A stretch of DNA of 64,000 nucleotides from an uncultured Acidobacteriota bacterium (lineage in GTDB: Bacteria; Acidobacteriota; Thermoanaerobaculia; UBA5066; Gp7-AA6), in NCBI GenBank assembly GCA_963765835.1, contig CAVXYF010000010.1:68899-132898 (forward strand), in the 5' to 3' direction. Below, piece by piece: positions 21,014 to 30,293 of the stretch. Made by a program: the position numbers and the translations under genes. Under the pieces are notes generated by a model. It ran no database searches and had not been told where the DNA came from. It worked only from the letters and a program-made list of their open reading frames with translations. Numbering within the stretch: the first letter of the stretch is position 1; every line of letters begins with the position of its first letter.

Positions 21014-21178
21014 GCAAGTCGCGGGGACAGATCCCCCCGGGAGAGTTGCGGGGACAGATCCCGAAGGGGTCTGCACCCGCCGCAGTCCAAAGAAGTCGCG
21101 GGGACAGGTCCCGAAGGGGCCTGCACCCGCCGCAGTCCAGATCCCGAAGGGGTCTGCACCCGCCACAGGTCAACCCGC
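21004..21178. repeat. tandem array of about 47-bp repeat family 2: (A)AGTCGCGGGGACAGRTCCCGAAGGGGYCTGCACCCGCCGCAGTCCA, 2 full and 2 partial units
   Basis: Read directly. Units abut without unique spacers. Each unit has an imperfect hairpin CAGGTCCC-GAA-GGGGCCTG. It starts on the stop codon of the SGNH gene. Confidence 0.7.
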
Positions 21179-21180
21179 CG

Positions 21181-21213
21181 CAGTCCAGAAAATAAAAAGG
21201 CCGCCTCGGGAAT
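21181..21213 (-). terminator. rho-independent terminator for the 21265..21753 gene
   Basis: 10-bp perfect stem GGCCGCCTCG/CGAGGCGGCC with 5-nt loop. On the minus strand it is followed by TTTTTATT. Confidence 0.6.
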
Positions 21214-21264
21214 CGAGGCGGCCTGCCGGGAAGGAGGAGTACCCGGCCTACCCGAGCCGACGAC

Positions 21265-21753
21265 TTAGCGGTCGTAGGGGTGATAGTTCCGATCCCAAAA
21301 CTCCCGGTTGAAGTCGTAGTAGGGATCGCCGCAGTACGCGCCGTCTTCCTGACAGCGCGGATCGACGCCGTAGCGGCCGTCGTTGTAGCGGTCGTTCACC
21401 CGACGCTCGACGACGACGTCCGGGCGCTCCACCACGACGTAGCGCCGGCCATGGGAACGCACCGGGACCCAGTGCGGGTGCCGAACTCCGTGCGTACGGC
21501 AGAAGAACACCGGGCTGTAGAAGCCGTAGCCCAACCGGGCACGCCGGACCACGCGGTACCCGTACGGGACGTACGAACCGACCGGATACCTGGAGTAGCC
21601 GTAACTGTCGCCCACGCTGAACGAGATCGAGCCGTGCGGCAGCGGAATCCGGCCCCGCACCTGGACCTGGGCCTCTCCGGGAGCCGGAGCCAGGAAGAGG
21701 AGCGAGCCTGCGAGGACCGCTCCGACGACGCCATTTCGAAGAGCTTTTTTCAT
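21265..21753 (-). CDS. secreted Tyr/Arg/Gly-rich hypothetical protein (signal peptide, 4 Cys)
   Basis: MKKALRNGVVGAVLAGSLLFLAPAPGEA signal, AGGAGG RBS, composition distinct from GC-shadow ORFs (Y, W, H, F rich). Confidence 0.6.
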   Translation of the reverse strand: MKKALRNGVVGAVLAGSLLFLAPAPGEAQVQVRGRIPLPHGSISFSVGDSYGYSRYPVGSYVPYGYRVVRRARLGYGFYSPVFFCRTHGVRHPHWVPVRSHGRRYVVVERPDVVVERRVNDRYNDGRYGVDPRCQEDGAYCGDPYYDFNREFWDRNYHPYDR

Positions 21754-21925
21754 CTTGACCTCCTGCCGCTTCCTCGAGCGGCACTAGGGAGTCAAGGCAA
21801 CGGGGGTGCCACAAAGATTTGACTGAAGGAAAAGGACTTAGCGGCGCGTCAACCCGGATTTCTGTCCGCTCGAAGGGTCAGAACGAGACGGATCGATGAC
21901 GCTTGCTCAGAACCGGGGGGGTCCG

Positions 21926-22228
21926 CTACCAGAACTTCCGGGCGCGCCCGACCGCCTTCCCGAGCCCGAACAGCACGGAGGCCACCGACGAGAGACGACC
22001 GAGCTTCGCGGAGAGCGAATGTTTTCCGAAGAGCCGGTGCCCGACCGTCCACGCCGCGGCGAGCCCGCCCGCAACCCATCCTGCGGTCTTCCACCGGGCG
22101 CCGGTGCGGTCGACCTCGGCGCGAAGGCCGGAGACCTCCCGCGCGAGAACGTCGCGCTCGAACTCGCCGCGCCGGCGGAGACCCTCGATGCGGTCCGCCC
22201 GGCGCCCCGCGCGCTTGCCCCCGCTCAC
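21926..22228 (-). CDS. small membrane-anchored protein (DUF3618/YqjD-like), co-transcribed with the holin-family gene
   Basis: 100 aa, coiled N-terminal part and C-terminal TM WVAGGLAAAWTV. The start overlaps the upstream stop. Confidence 0.4.
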   Translation of the reverse strand: MSGGKRAGRRADRIEGLRRRGEFERDVLAREVSGLRAEVDRTGARWKTAGWVAGGLAAAWTVGHRLFGKHSLSAKLGRLSSVASVLFGLGKAVGRARKFW

Positions 22229-22812
22229 TCCGAGCCCGCCCGGAAGCGGTCCTCGATCTCGGTCAACGACGCCACGTCGCGCTTGCGATCCTGTTCGTCT
22301 TCATCCTCGTCGACCCTATCCGCCTCTTCCTCGTCCGGCTGGACGCTCGCCCTCTCCGCCGCGAGAGCGTCGACGCCGGCGGGGCCCTCGTCGCGGAGCT
22401 CCGCGGTTCTCTTCACGGCGTCAAAGTCCTTCCGAAGCTCGTCGCGGGTCGCGGGAAAGACAAACGGTCGCACGCGGGCCATGGTCTTTCCTCCGAGGAT
22501 CGCGGCCACCGCAGTGACGACGACGTAGAGGACGAGCGTCGCGGCGATTCCCGCGATCGGACCGCCGAGGAGGCGCGACAGCACGGCGGCGAGAAGCGCC
22601 GTCAGGAGAAGGAGGGCGAGCACGCCGAAGGCCGCCGCGAGCGCGAACCCGATGGCGGCTCTGGCGAAGAGGGATCCCTTTTCGGAAAGCTCCTCGCGGA
22701 AGATCTCCGCGCGGGTGGCGAAGAGCGCGGAAGCCGCCCGGCGCACGGAGCCGGCCCTTTCCTTCCAGCCTGGCTGGGGAAGGTCCTCCTGAAGGGCTTC
22801 GTCGGATTCCAT
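22225..22812 (-). CDS. phage-holin-superfamily-III-like membrane protein (actinobacterial holin-X type), non-phage context
   Basis: TRAEIFREELSEKGSLFARAAIGFALAAAFGVLALLLL...two TM helices, then acidic C-terminal tail. Confidence 0.5.
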   Translation of the reverse strand: MESDEALQEDLPQPGWKERAGSVRRAASALFATRAEIFREELSEKGSLFARAAIGFALAAAFGVLALLLLTALLAAVLSRLLGGPIAGIAATLVLYVVVTAVAAILGGKTMARVRPFVFPATRDELRKDFDAVKRTAELRDEGPAGVDALAAERASVQPDEEEADRVDEDEDEQDRKRDVASLTEIEDRFRAGSE

Positions 22813-22837
22813 CAGAACGCTCCGGCGCGGGGCGGAA

Positions 22838-23611
22838 TCATGCCGTTTCCAGCTCGCCGCCCGGCAGAACGGTCGGGTCGAGGGGGGCGATCCGGATGCC
22901 GGCGAGGCGGAATCGCTCGTGGATCCTCCGGGCGATGTCCGCGGCGCCGGGAGTGTCGCCGTGCAGGCAGATCGTGTCGGCCCGGACCTCGATGCGCGAA
23001 CCGTCGTTCGCGATGACGACGCGCTCCTGGGCCAGGCGGACCGCCTGCTCCGCAGCCTCTTCGGGGTCCGTCACGAGCGCGCCGGGCTGCCCGCGCGGCA
23101 CGAGGGTGCCGTCCGGGCGGTAGCGGCGATCGGCGAACGCCTCTTCCGCGACGGTCAGGCCCGCTTCGCGTCCGGCCCCGATGAGCATGGACCCGGCGGC
23201 GCCGACCAGCACGAGACGCGTTCCCACCCGGCGCACGCCCTCGGCGATCGCGCGCGCGACGTCCGGGAACTCACCGCCGTCGTGGTACAGGGCGCCGTGG
23301 GGTTTGACGTGCGACAGCTGCGCGCCGCGCGACCGGACGAAGCCCTCGAGCGCCGCCACCTGGTAGACGACCAGGTTCTCGATCTCACCCGCCGGCATCT
23401 CGACGGTGACCCGGCCGAAGTTCGCCCGGTCGGAGTATCCCGGATGCGCTCCGACCCGAATGCCGCGCGAGAGCGCGAACCTCACCGTGTCGTCCATGAC
23501 CGTGGGATCTCCGGCGTGCATGCCGCATGCGACGTTGGCCGAGGTCACGTACGGCAGGACCGTCGCGTCATCCATTCCCTCCCCGACGTCCGCGTTCAGG
23601 TCCACGCTCAA
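22838..23611 (-). CDS. pxpA: 5-oxoprolinase subunit A (LamB/YcsF family)
   Basis: MSVDLNADVGEG...ANVACGMHAGDP...signature N-terminus of PxpA. Confidence 0.85.
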   Translation of the reverse strand: MSVDLNADVGEGMDDATVLPYVTSANVACGMHAGDPTVMDDTVRFALSRGIRVGAHPGYSDRANFGRVTVEMPAGEIENLVVYQVAALEGFVRSRGAQLSHVKPHGALYHDGGEFPDVARAIAEGVRRVGTRLVLVGAAGSMLIGAGREAGLTVAEEAFADRRYRPDGTLVPRGQPGALVTDPEEAAEQAVRLAQERVVIANDGSRIEVRADTICLHGDTPGAADIARRIHERFRLAGIRIAPLDPTVLPGGELETA

Positions 23612-25209
23612 GGGGACCCAATACTAGCCCGTTCACCCGCGTCGGCGAACGAGGTCCGGCGGAATCGAACGACCGAGCCCGGCTCGGCCTGAGCGAGGAG
23701 CGGCCAGTCCCGGGCGACTACTGTCCCGATCTTCGCGTAGCCGCCGGTCACTGGCCGGTCCGGGCCGAGAACGATGGGCTGACCGTTCGCCGGAACCTGG
23801 ATCGCACCGAGCGCCGTGCCCTCCGGCGGAATGTCCGGCGGCCGGAGGAACGGGAGCGCCGGACCGTGCAGCCGGATCCCGCGGCGGTCGCTCTCGGACG
23901 AGATCGTCCACGCCGCTGAACAGAGGAGATCCGTCGCCTCGGCCGGGAAGTCGGACAGCTGCGGGCCCGGCAGGACGGAAAGGATCACCTCGCCACCGGG
24001 TAGCACAGCCGGGGCCGTTCGGACGTCCCGGGCGCCCGCGGGAGCCGCCGCCGCGCGCGTCCTCCGCGTCCCGAAGACGACGTCGCCTCTCGCGAGACGG
24101 CGGACCGGCTCGCCGGGTCGCCTCTCCGCCAGCCCCCTGGCGACGCACAGGTATGCGCGCGAACCCCGGGACGCGTATCCGAAGAAGATCCGGTCTCCCG
24201 CCGCAACCAACACCGGCTCGTCCGCCGCCATGGCCTGCCCGTTCCGGCGGGCCCCGAGGTCGCCGCCGCTCACGCAGACCAGAGCCTCGCGAAGGAAGAC
24301 GAGCTCCGGGCCGGACAGCGTCATCTCGAGGGCCGCCGCGCCCGCCGGATTTCCGAGGAGTGCGTTGCCGCGCGCGAGCGCGACCGGATCCATGGCTCCA
24401 CCCGCCGGCACGCCGCTCGCTCCGAAACCGAACCGAGGGGCGCCCTGGATCGTCGTGAACAGGCCGGGCATCGAAATCTCGAAGACCGCGTCCCCGGCGT
24501 CCACCCCTCGCTCCCCCCGGGACGCGGCCGCCGCGTCCGCGCGCCGCCCACGGAGATCTCCGGACGTGGTCGCCTCGAAGGAGACGCGGTCGCCCGGCCG
24601 GAAGAGCGCCGGCGGGCTCGCGGCCGCGTCGAACAGGCGGACGGGCGATCGCCCGATGAGCGTCCAGCCGCCCGGGGTCTCCTCCGGATAGATCGCCGTG
24701 TACGCCCCGCCGATCGCGACGCTTCCGGCGGGGACGCGGGAACGGGGACTCGCCCGGCGGGGAATGGCGAGCTCCGCCGGAAGCCCCGAGAGGTACGCGA
24801 AGCCGGGCGAGAAGCCGAGGAACGCCACGGTGTACTCCGCGGCTGCGTGCCGCCGGGCGGCCTCCTCCGGCGAGATCCCGCGCTCCCGCGCCAGGGAGAA
24901 GAGGTCGGGGCCGTCCTCTCCTCCGTAGACGACCGGGATCCGGAAGCTCCGGCTCTCGGGACGAGACCCTTCCCCCTCGCGCGCGAGCCGCCGGAGCCGC
25001 TCGACGAGGGAACCGCGCCGCTCGAGACGCGGATCGAAGACTACGAAGAGCGTCCGGGCTCCCGGAATCGCGTCGAGCAGGCCGCGCCGGGACTGCCGGC
25101 TCAGCCGGTTTGCGAGCGCGACGGCGAGCCGGTTCGCGTCGGAATCCGGAAGGTCCGGGAACTCGAGGAGGAAGGAGGCTTCCGAGACGTCTCGCGATTC
25201 GAGCTTCAC
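23608..25209 (-). CDS. fused 5-oxoprolinase subunits B and C (KipI-KipA / allophanate hydrolase subunit 1+2 type)
   Basis: N-terminal half LLEFPD...RTLFVVFDP...EYTVAFLGFSPGFAYL (PxpB). C-terminal half from GLFTTIQG...SGGDLGARRNGQ...GGYAKIGTVV (PxpC) in one frame. GTG start at 25209 overlaps the permease stop. Confidence 0.7.
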   Translation of the reverse strand: MKLESRDVSEASFLLEFPDLPDSDANRLAVALANRLSRQSRRGLLDAIPGARTLFVVFDPRLERRGSLVERLRRLAREGEGSRPESRSFRIPVVYGGEDGPDLFSLARERGISPEEAARRHAAAEYTVAFLGFSPGFAYLSGLPAELAIPRRASPRSRVPAGSVAIGGAYTAIYPEETPGGWTLIGRSPVRLFDAAASPPALFRPGDRVSFEATTSGDLRGRRADAAAASRGERGVDAGDAVFEISMPGLFTTIQGAPRFGFGASGVPAGGAMDPVALARGNALLGNPAGAAALEMTLSGPELVFLREALVCVSGGDLGARRNGQAMAADEPVLVAAGDRIFFGYASRGSRAYLCVARGLAERRPGEPVRRLARGDVVFGTRRTRAAAAPAGARDVRTAPAVLPGGEVILSVLPGPQLSDFPAEATDLLCSAAWTISSESDRRGIRLHGPALPFLRPPDIPPEGTALGAIQVPANGQPIVLGPDRPVTGGYAKIGTVVARDWPLLAQAEPGSVVRFRRTSFADAGERASIGSP

Positions 25210-26582
25210 GAAACGGCGCGCCGCCGCCACAGGAAGTAGACCGGCACCCCAGTGGCGACGATCGCATAGCCGGGCCACGTCGTTCGGGGGTTGGCGACGA
25301 GAAGGATCGCGATCAGCACCGCGCCGGCGGCCGCGTAGAGCAGGGGGAGGAACGGATAGGCCGGCGCGCGGAACGGCCGGGGGAGGTCGGGCCGCTTGCG
25401 GCGCAGGACGATGACCGCGATGACCAGCAGAACGTAGAAGAGGATGTCGGCCGAGATCACGTACTCCAGGAGGTCGCTGTAGCTTCCGGAGAGAACGAGG
25501 ACCGAGGCCCAGAGCGCCTGCGCCCAAAGCGCGTTTCGCGGCACCGCCGCGGAGTTCAGCCGCTGCAGCCCCCGGAAGAAGAGACCGTCACGGGCCATCG
25601 CGAAGGAGACGCGGGCGCCCGACAGGATGAGCCCGTTCACGCAGCCGAAGGTGGAGACCATGATCGCGATCGCCATCGCGCCGGCCGCGGCGGGTCCGAA
25701 GAGAGAGGTTGCGACCGCGGTGGCGACGCGGTCGGAAGGGGCCTGCTGGATGGCGGACAGCGGGAGCACGTTCAGGTAGGCCACGTTCGCGAGGACGTAG
25801 AGGGTCGTCACGAGGAGACAACCCGCGAGGAGCGCCCGCGGCAGGGTGCGTCCCGGCGCCTCCACCTCTTCGCCCGCGAACGTCACGTTGTTCCAGGCGG
25901 ATTGCGAAAAGAGCGGTCCGACCATCGCGGTTCCGAGAGCCACGACGAGCGCCGCGCCGGTGAGCGCCCGGCCTTCGGGCGTCACCGCCTCCCAGAACCC
26001 GGACGCGCGGAGAGCCGCCCCCTCCCGGGCGAGAAGGAGCCCGCATACGGTGAGCGCGAGAAGAGCCGCCAGCTTGGCGAACGTGAAGACGTTCTGAGTC
26101 GCCGTTCCGGTCTTCAACCCGTTCGCGTTCGACGCGGTCAGGATCGCGATCACGGCCACGCCCACGCCCTGCGCCGCCGACACCGAGAACGGACCGATCT
26201 GCGTTTTCGCCTCGGTGACCGCGGGCCAGACCACGCCGAGAAACTTCGCGAACGCGACGGCGACCGCCGCGATGGTTCCCGTCTGGATGACGAGAAACAT
26301 CGTCCAGCCGAAGAGAAATCCGAAGAGCGGCCCGTATGCCTCGCGGAAGAACACGTACTGCCCCCCGGCCTTCGGCATCATCGCCGCGAGCTCCGAGCAG
26401 CAGAGCGCGGCGATCATCGTGAGCACTCCGGCGATGGCCCACGCCGCGAGAACCCAGCCTCCCGAACCCAGAACGCGGGCGCTCTTCGCCGAGACGATGA
26501 AGATCCCGGAGCCGATCATCGAGCCGACGACGAGCGCCGTCGCGTCGAGGAAACCGATGCCGCGGACCAGCTCGCGCTTCAA
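25206..26582 (-). CDS. APC family amino acid permease
   Basis: 458 aa, 12 predicted TM segments. GSGIF, GGQYVFF motifs typical of the amino acid/polyamine/organocation superfamily. Confidence 0.85.
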   Translation of the reverse strand: MKRELVRGIGFLDATALVVGSMIGSGIFIVSAKSARVLGSGGWVLAAWAIAGVLTMIAALCCSELAAMMPKAGGQYVFFREAYGPLFGFLFGWTMFLVIQTGTIAAVAVAFAKFLGVVWPAVTEAKTQIGPFSVSAAQGVGVAVIAILTASNANGLKTGTATQNVFTFAKLAALLALTVCGLLLAREGAALRASGFWEAVTPEGRALTGAALVVALGTAMVGPLFSQSAWNNVTFAGEEVEAPGRTLPRALLAGCLLVTTLYVLANVAYLNVLPLSAIQQAPSDRVATAVATSLFGPAAAGAMAIAIMVSTFGCVNGLILSGARVSFAMARDGLFFRGLQRLNSAAVPRNALWAQALWASVLVLSGSYSDLLEYVISADILFYVLLVIAVIVLRRKRPDLPRPFRAPAYPFLPLLYAAAGAVLIAILLVANPRTTWPGYAIVATGVPVYFLWRRRAVS

Positions 26583-26604
26583 GCGGGCCGCCGGGGGCGC
26601 TAGG

Positions 26605-27153
26605 CTACTTGCGCTTCTTCGGGGTGAACCCCGCGAGCCGGTCCACGATCTTCGGGACGAGCTTTCGCGACATCCACGCCTCGCCGGAGGAGACTGCCTC
26701 GAGTGCTTTCGGCAGGAAGAGCGGAATTTCCTTCTTCGTCACGCAGCCCACGGCGCCGTGGGAGAGGGCTTCTACGATGCGGTCCTCGGAGGCGCGACCC
26801 ACGAGAAGGATGACGCGACTGCGCGCGCTTCGGCGGCGCAGGACCGAAATCAGCGTCGCTCCGAAATCCGAGGAGAGCTCGAGGTCGAGAAGGATGATGC
26901 GCGGCTTCAACCGCGCCGTGGCGGAAACGGCCTCCTGCGCGGTCTGGGCCTCTCCGATGACCCGCAGCCCTCGAAGCGACTGGATGACGCGTGTGGCCGC
27001 GGCTCGACTCGCGCGCTCCGGGTCCGCGATCAGGATGCTGACGACCGGAATCGGGCGCTTCTTCACCCAGTCCATTCCGCCCCGCTCGCGGCCGGCTTTC
27101 TTCGGCTTCGGTTTCGCGCTCGTCCGAACCTTCTCCTTCGGGCGCGCCTTCAT
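26605..27153 (-). CDS. single-domain response regulator (REC) with Lys-rich N-terminal extension
   Basis: ILIADPE...LLDLELS...K (receiver residues). The ATG at 27153 overlaps the LuxR-type stop (ATGA). An alternative ATG is at 27075. Confidence 0.65.
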   Translation of the reverse strand: MKARPKEKVRTSAKPKPKKAGRERGGMDWVKKRPIPVVSILIADPERASRAAATRVIQSLRGLRVIGEAQTAQEAVSATARLKPRIILLDLELSSDFGATLISVLRRRSARSRVILLVGRASEDRIVEALSHGAVGCVTKKEIPLFLPKALEAVSSGEAWMSRKLVPKIVDRLAGFTPKKRK

Positions 27154-27827
27154 CGGGCCACCCGGTTGTACTCGGTCACGAAAAGGGCGAGCCCGAGGCG
27201 GTCGGACAGTCCGAGCTTGCGGAAAATTGCGGTCAAGTGCGCCTTCACCGTGGCCTCCGTGATGTTCAGCCGGCCCGCGATTTCCTTGTTGCTCGCCCCC
27301 CCGCCGATCAGCTGCGCGATTTCGCGCTCTCTCGGTGTGAGTCGGTCGAGCCTCGTGTCGAGGTTCGGAGGAAACTCCTTGTGGCGCCGCTCGGTCAGCG
27401 CCGTGAGCTCCTCGAGCAGAGGGGCAAACACGTTCCGGGCCACCCAGATTTCGCCCTTGATGACGACGGAGACCGCCTTCCGGAGCAGGTTGGGGTCCAT
27501 GTCCAGCGTGCAGTAGCCCCGCGCACCGGCCTTCAAGGCCGAGAATCCCTCGCGATCGTTGGGCGTGCTCGTCATGAGAATGATCGACGTCAAGGGCGAC
27601 ATCTTCTGGACGCCACCCACGCCGTCCACGCCGCCGAGACCCGGCAGCGCCAGATCGAGCAGGAGAATCGCTGGTTTCAGGTTCGTCATGTTCCGCTCGA
27701 GCACGGACCTCTCGGCGGCCTCGTAGAGCGGGAACTTCTCCCGCAATCCCACGGCCCACTGGGCGCGCACGCCCGCGATCGGGCTCGCAATGAGAACGAC
27801 GGAACCGGTGCGTGCTCTGTCGGACAT
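27150..27827 (-). CDS. LuxR/NarL family response regulator (REC + HTH_LuxR)
   Basis: ILLLDLALPGLGG...LTPREREIAQLIGGGASNKEIAGRLNITEATVKAHLTAIFRKLG. Confidence 0.8.
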   Translation of the reverse strand: MSDRARTGSVVLIASPIAGVRAQWAVGLREKFPLYEAAERSVLERNMTNLKPAILLLDLALPGLGGVDGVGGVQKMSPLTSIILMTSTPNDREGFSALKAGARGYCTLDMDPNLLRKAVSVVIKGEIWVARNVFAPLLEELTALTERRHKEFPPNLDTRLDRLTPREREIAQLIGGGASNKEIAGRLNITEATVKAHLTAIFRKLGLSDRLGLALFVTEYNRVAR

Positions 27828-27954
27828 GTGTGGAAAGCTTGGCGAAGCTGGAGAGAAGCTACAGGTGCGCGCTCCGAGTGTCAACTAACGCGCATCATGG
27901 ACTTTAGTCGACGTCCCCTCCTGGGAGCAGGGCGAGACGAGATCCGGCCCGACG

Positions 27955-30237
27955 TCAGCTCTGAAACGCGTAGGAAACTTTGAGGAAGAACTGACGTCCG
28001 GCCGCGTTCAGATCGCCGTTGCCCTGCAGCGCCCGGTTGTCCCCGTAGCCGAGAAACAGCACGGTCTGCCAGTTGAGCTTATAGGCGAAGAGCGCCGACC
28101 CGTCGAAGCCCCCCTCTCTCGGGGAAACCTTGAAACGATAGAGGTCGGGGTCGCGGTGCGTCTCGACCCACTGACCGATCAGCCGCAGGAGCGCGCGGGC
28201 CGTGAACGTATAGGTCGCTTTGAGCCGGGCGGTCTGGGCCCGGAACAGCTGGCCGCTCTCCCCCTCGTCCCCGTCGACGTCTAAGGTCTGGTGGTTGCCA
28301 ATGAACTCGAGCGCGAGGTGATCGGTCGGCTTGACCGTGAAAATCGTCGAAAGGCGCAGACCGTCGCCGACCCGTCCGTTCTCGAAGTCGTATTCCTGGC
28401 CGATGTTGCCGTCCACCGCGAACCTCGAGAATCGGCGGGAGGGGTCGATCTGGAAAAAAAAGAAGACGTTGGTCCGGGAGAAGACACTTTCGCCGATGCG
28501 GGTGGCGCCCACGTTCAGGTCCACCTCTCCCTGCAGGTTTCGACGCCCCAGCACGAGCACGCCCGGGCTCACGTTTCGATCGATCAAGTTCCCGTCGCGG
28601 TCCTCCGAGTAGGTGTACTGAAACTGCGGCCGGGCTCGGTTGAGAAGCCCCGTCGGATAGAAGTTCCACCCGGCGAACGCCTCTCCGAACCGCAGCCCCA
28701 CCTGGGGGACGAACCCGTCGTCCGCCCGGAATCCCCGGCCGAGCTCGCGGTAGTGGACGAACCACTCCGGCGCCCGCGTGATGTGCTGCCACCGCAGGTC
28801 CGCGGCCGAGCCCGTCAGGCCGCGCCCGTCCCACTCGGCCGCGAGATCCGGACGGTTCGGCGTCTCCGAGTCGCTCCAGAGAAACTGCGCGCTCACCTGG
28901 TCGCTCGCGTTGGGACGCCAGGAAACGTCGGGCCCCACGACCCGGTTGTGGCCGCCGCCTCGGATCTCACGGTCCGTCACCAGGAGACCGGCGAAGGAGT
29001 TTCCGAAGTCGTGCCGCAGGCGTCCGATCGCGACGATCGACTTGAAGTCCTGCGGGGCGAAGTTCGAAAAGAGCGGCCCCGGCAGGATGACGCTTCCGCC
29101 CCCGCGGTCCTCCGTGACGAGGACCGTGTACGCGGACTCCCCCATCTTTCCGGTCGCGCGGAGGCCCCACCGCGGTGACGTGATCGTGCGCGTGTAGACC
29201 GCCTGGATGGGCGTCTCGAGGAGGTCCACGCCCTCCAGGAAGAAGGGCCGCTTTTCCGGAAAGAAGAGCGCGAACCGCCGGTTGACCGCGATCTGCGCGG
29301 CGTCCGCCTCGACCTGCGAAAAATCCGGATTCACGGTGGCGTCGAGCGCGTGATTCGAGCCCGGCGTCCACTTGATGTCGACGCCGCCGTCCCCCTCGAT
29401 CGAGCCGTTTTCGAGCGGCGAGCCCGGGCCCGCCTCCGGCGTCGCCTCCTGCCGCGCGGTGGCATAGGGCGCGACCACGAGGTGACCGCCCTCCGGCAGT
29501 CCGGAGAGGCCGGTCACCGACTGCATGTGGCAGATGAAGCAGTTCGAGCCCCGGGGGATGGGGCTCGAGTGGAACGCGTACCGGAAGTCGCGCGGGTAGT
29601 TGCGCCAGACCAGGATTCCCCACGTGTGCGAGTCGGCCTTCGGGTACCTCAGAGACGAGAAGGGGATCCGGAACTCGCCCGTCCAGCCGGTCGCGGTGAT
29701 CCGGGCGGCGGTGTCGTAGAAGAAGTCGGGTGAGAAATCCTCGGTGAAGGTCGCATCGTTCCAGCTCGCGTCCGCCTGGCTCCCCCTCGGGTTGATCCGG
29801 AACTCGACCGCCGACCGCCGGTCGTTCCGCGTGTCCAGAAAAACCGCGACGTTGTCATCCGTTCCGATGATCTGGTCCCGGTCGACGTAGGGCGCGCGGA
29901 TGGATCCGGGCTGCGGATCGGGTGCGTCGATGCCGATGTAGAAGTACTTCGCGTCGTACGTCAGGAGAGCCCGAGTCGCGACCTTGGCCGGCGTGTTGTC
30001 GGCCGGTTGAGTCTCGAAGAACGTGTCGATGACCGCGGCGTCCTTCCAGCCCGGATCCGAGAGATCGCCGTCCACCTGGATGGCGCCGGTCGTCCGGCGG
30101 ACCGCGATCGGCGGCGCGTCCGGAGGCGCCGCGGAAGCCGGGGGCGCCGCCACGGCCGACAGAGCGAGCAGAACCGGGAGCGCTGCCGGGAGCTTCACAA
30201 CTCTCCCTTGTACGTTCCGTTGGATCGAAGGTTCCAA
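27955..30237 (-). CDS. secreted CBM9-like/DUF5916 family protein, paralog 1 (~750 aa)
   Basis: Signal peptide. About 60% identity blocks with the 31319..33577 paralog (DGDLSD.GWK, IRAPYVDRD, RNDRRSAVEF, LRYPKGD..TWG, FALFFPEKRPFFLEGVDLLETP, TSPRWG, FFLKVSYAF). Confidence 0.75.
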   Translation of the reverse strand: MEPSIQRNVQGRVVKLPAALPVLLALSAVAAPPASAAPPDAPPIAVRRTTGAIQVDGDLSDPGWKDAAVIDTFFETQPADNTPAKVATRALLTYDAKYFYIGIDAPDPQPGSIRAPYVDRDQIIGTDDNVAVFLDTRNDRRSAVEFRINPRGSQADASWNDATFTEDFSPDFFYDTAARITATGWTGEFRIPFSSLRYPKADSHTWGILVWRNYPRDFRYAFHSSPIPRGSNCFICHMQSVTGLSGLPEGGHLVVAPYATARQEATPEAGPGSPLENGSIEGDGGVDIKWTPGSNHALDATVNPDFSQVEADAAQIAVNRRFALFFPEKRPFFLEGVDLLETPIQAVYTRTITSPRWGLRATGKMGESAYTVLVTEDRGGGSVILPGPLFSNFAPQDFKSIVAIGRLRHDFGNSFAGLLVTDREIRGGGHNRVVGPDVSWRPNASDQVSAQFLWSDSETPNRPDLAAEWDGRGLTGSAADLRWQHITRAPEWFVHYRELGRGFRADDGFVPQVGLRFGEAFAGWNFYPTGLLNRARPQFQYTYSEDRDGNLIDRNVSPGVLVLGRRNLQGEVDLNVGATRIGESVFSRTNVFFFFQIDPSRRFSRFAVDGNIGQEYDFENGRVGDGLRLSTIFTVKPTDHLALEFIGNHQTLDVDGDEGESGQLFRAQTARLKATYTFTARALLRLIGQWVETHRDPDLYRFKVSPREGGFDGSALFAYKLNWQTVLFLGYGDNRALQGNGDLNAAGRQFFLKVSYAFQS

Positions 30238-30293
30238 AATTCTGTCGTTGCAGGCGCTCGCAACCTTCTGCTACAAACGGCGCGGACCGGCCG

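Noticed and set aside
21004-21178. Possible CRISPR array
   Set aside because: Repeat units are about 47 bp and abut directly with no unique spacers. Units are not identical. No cas genes are nearby. Related single copies occur at gene boundaries elsewhere (38505, 41745).
21926-23611. Prophage remnant suggested by a holin-family gene
   Set aside because: There are no integrase, lysin or structural genes. The neighbours are pxpA and a secreted protein gene. This holin family is known as a chromosomal, non-lytic paralog.
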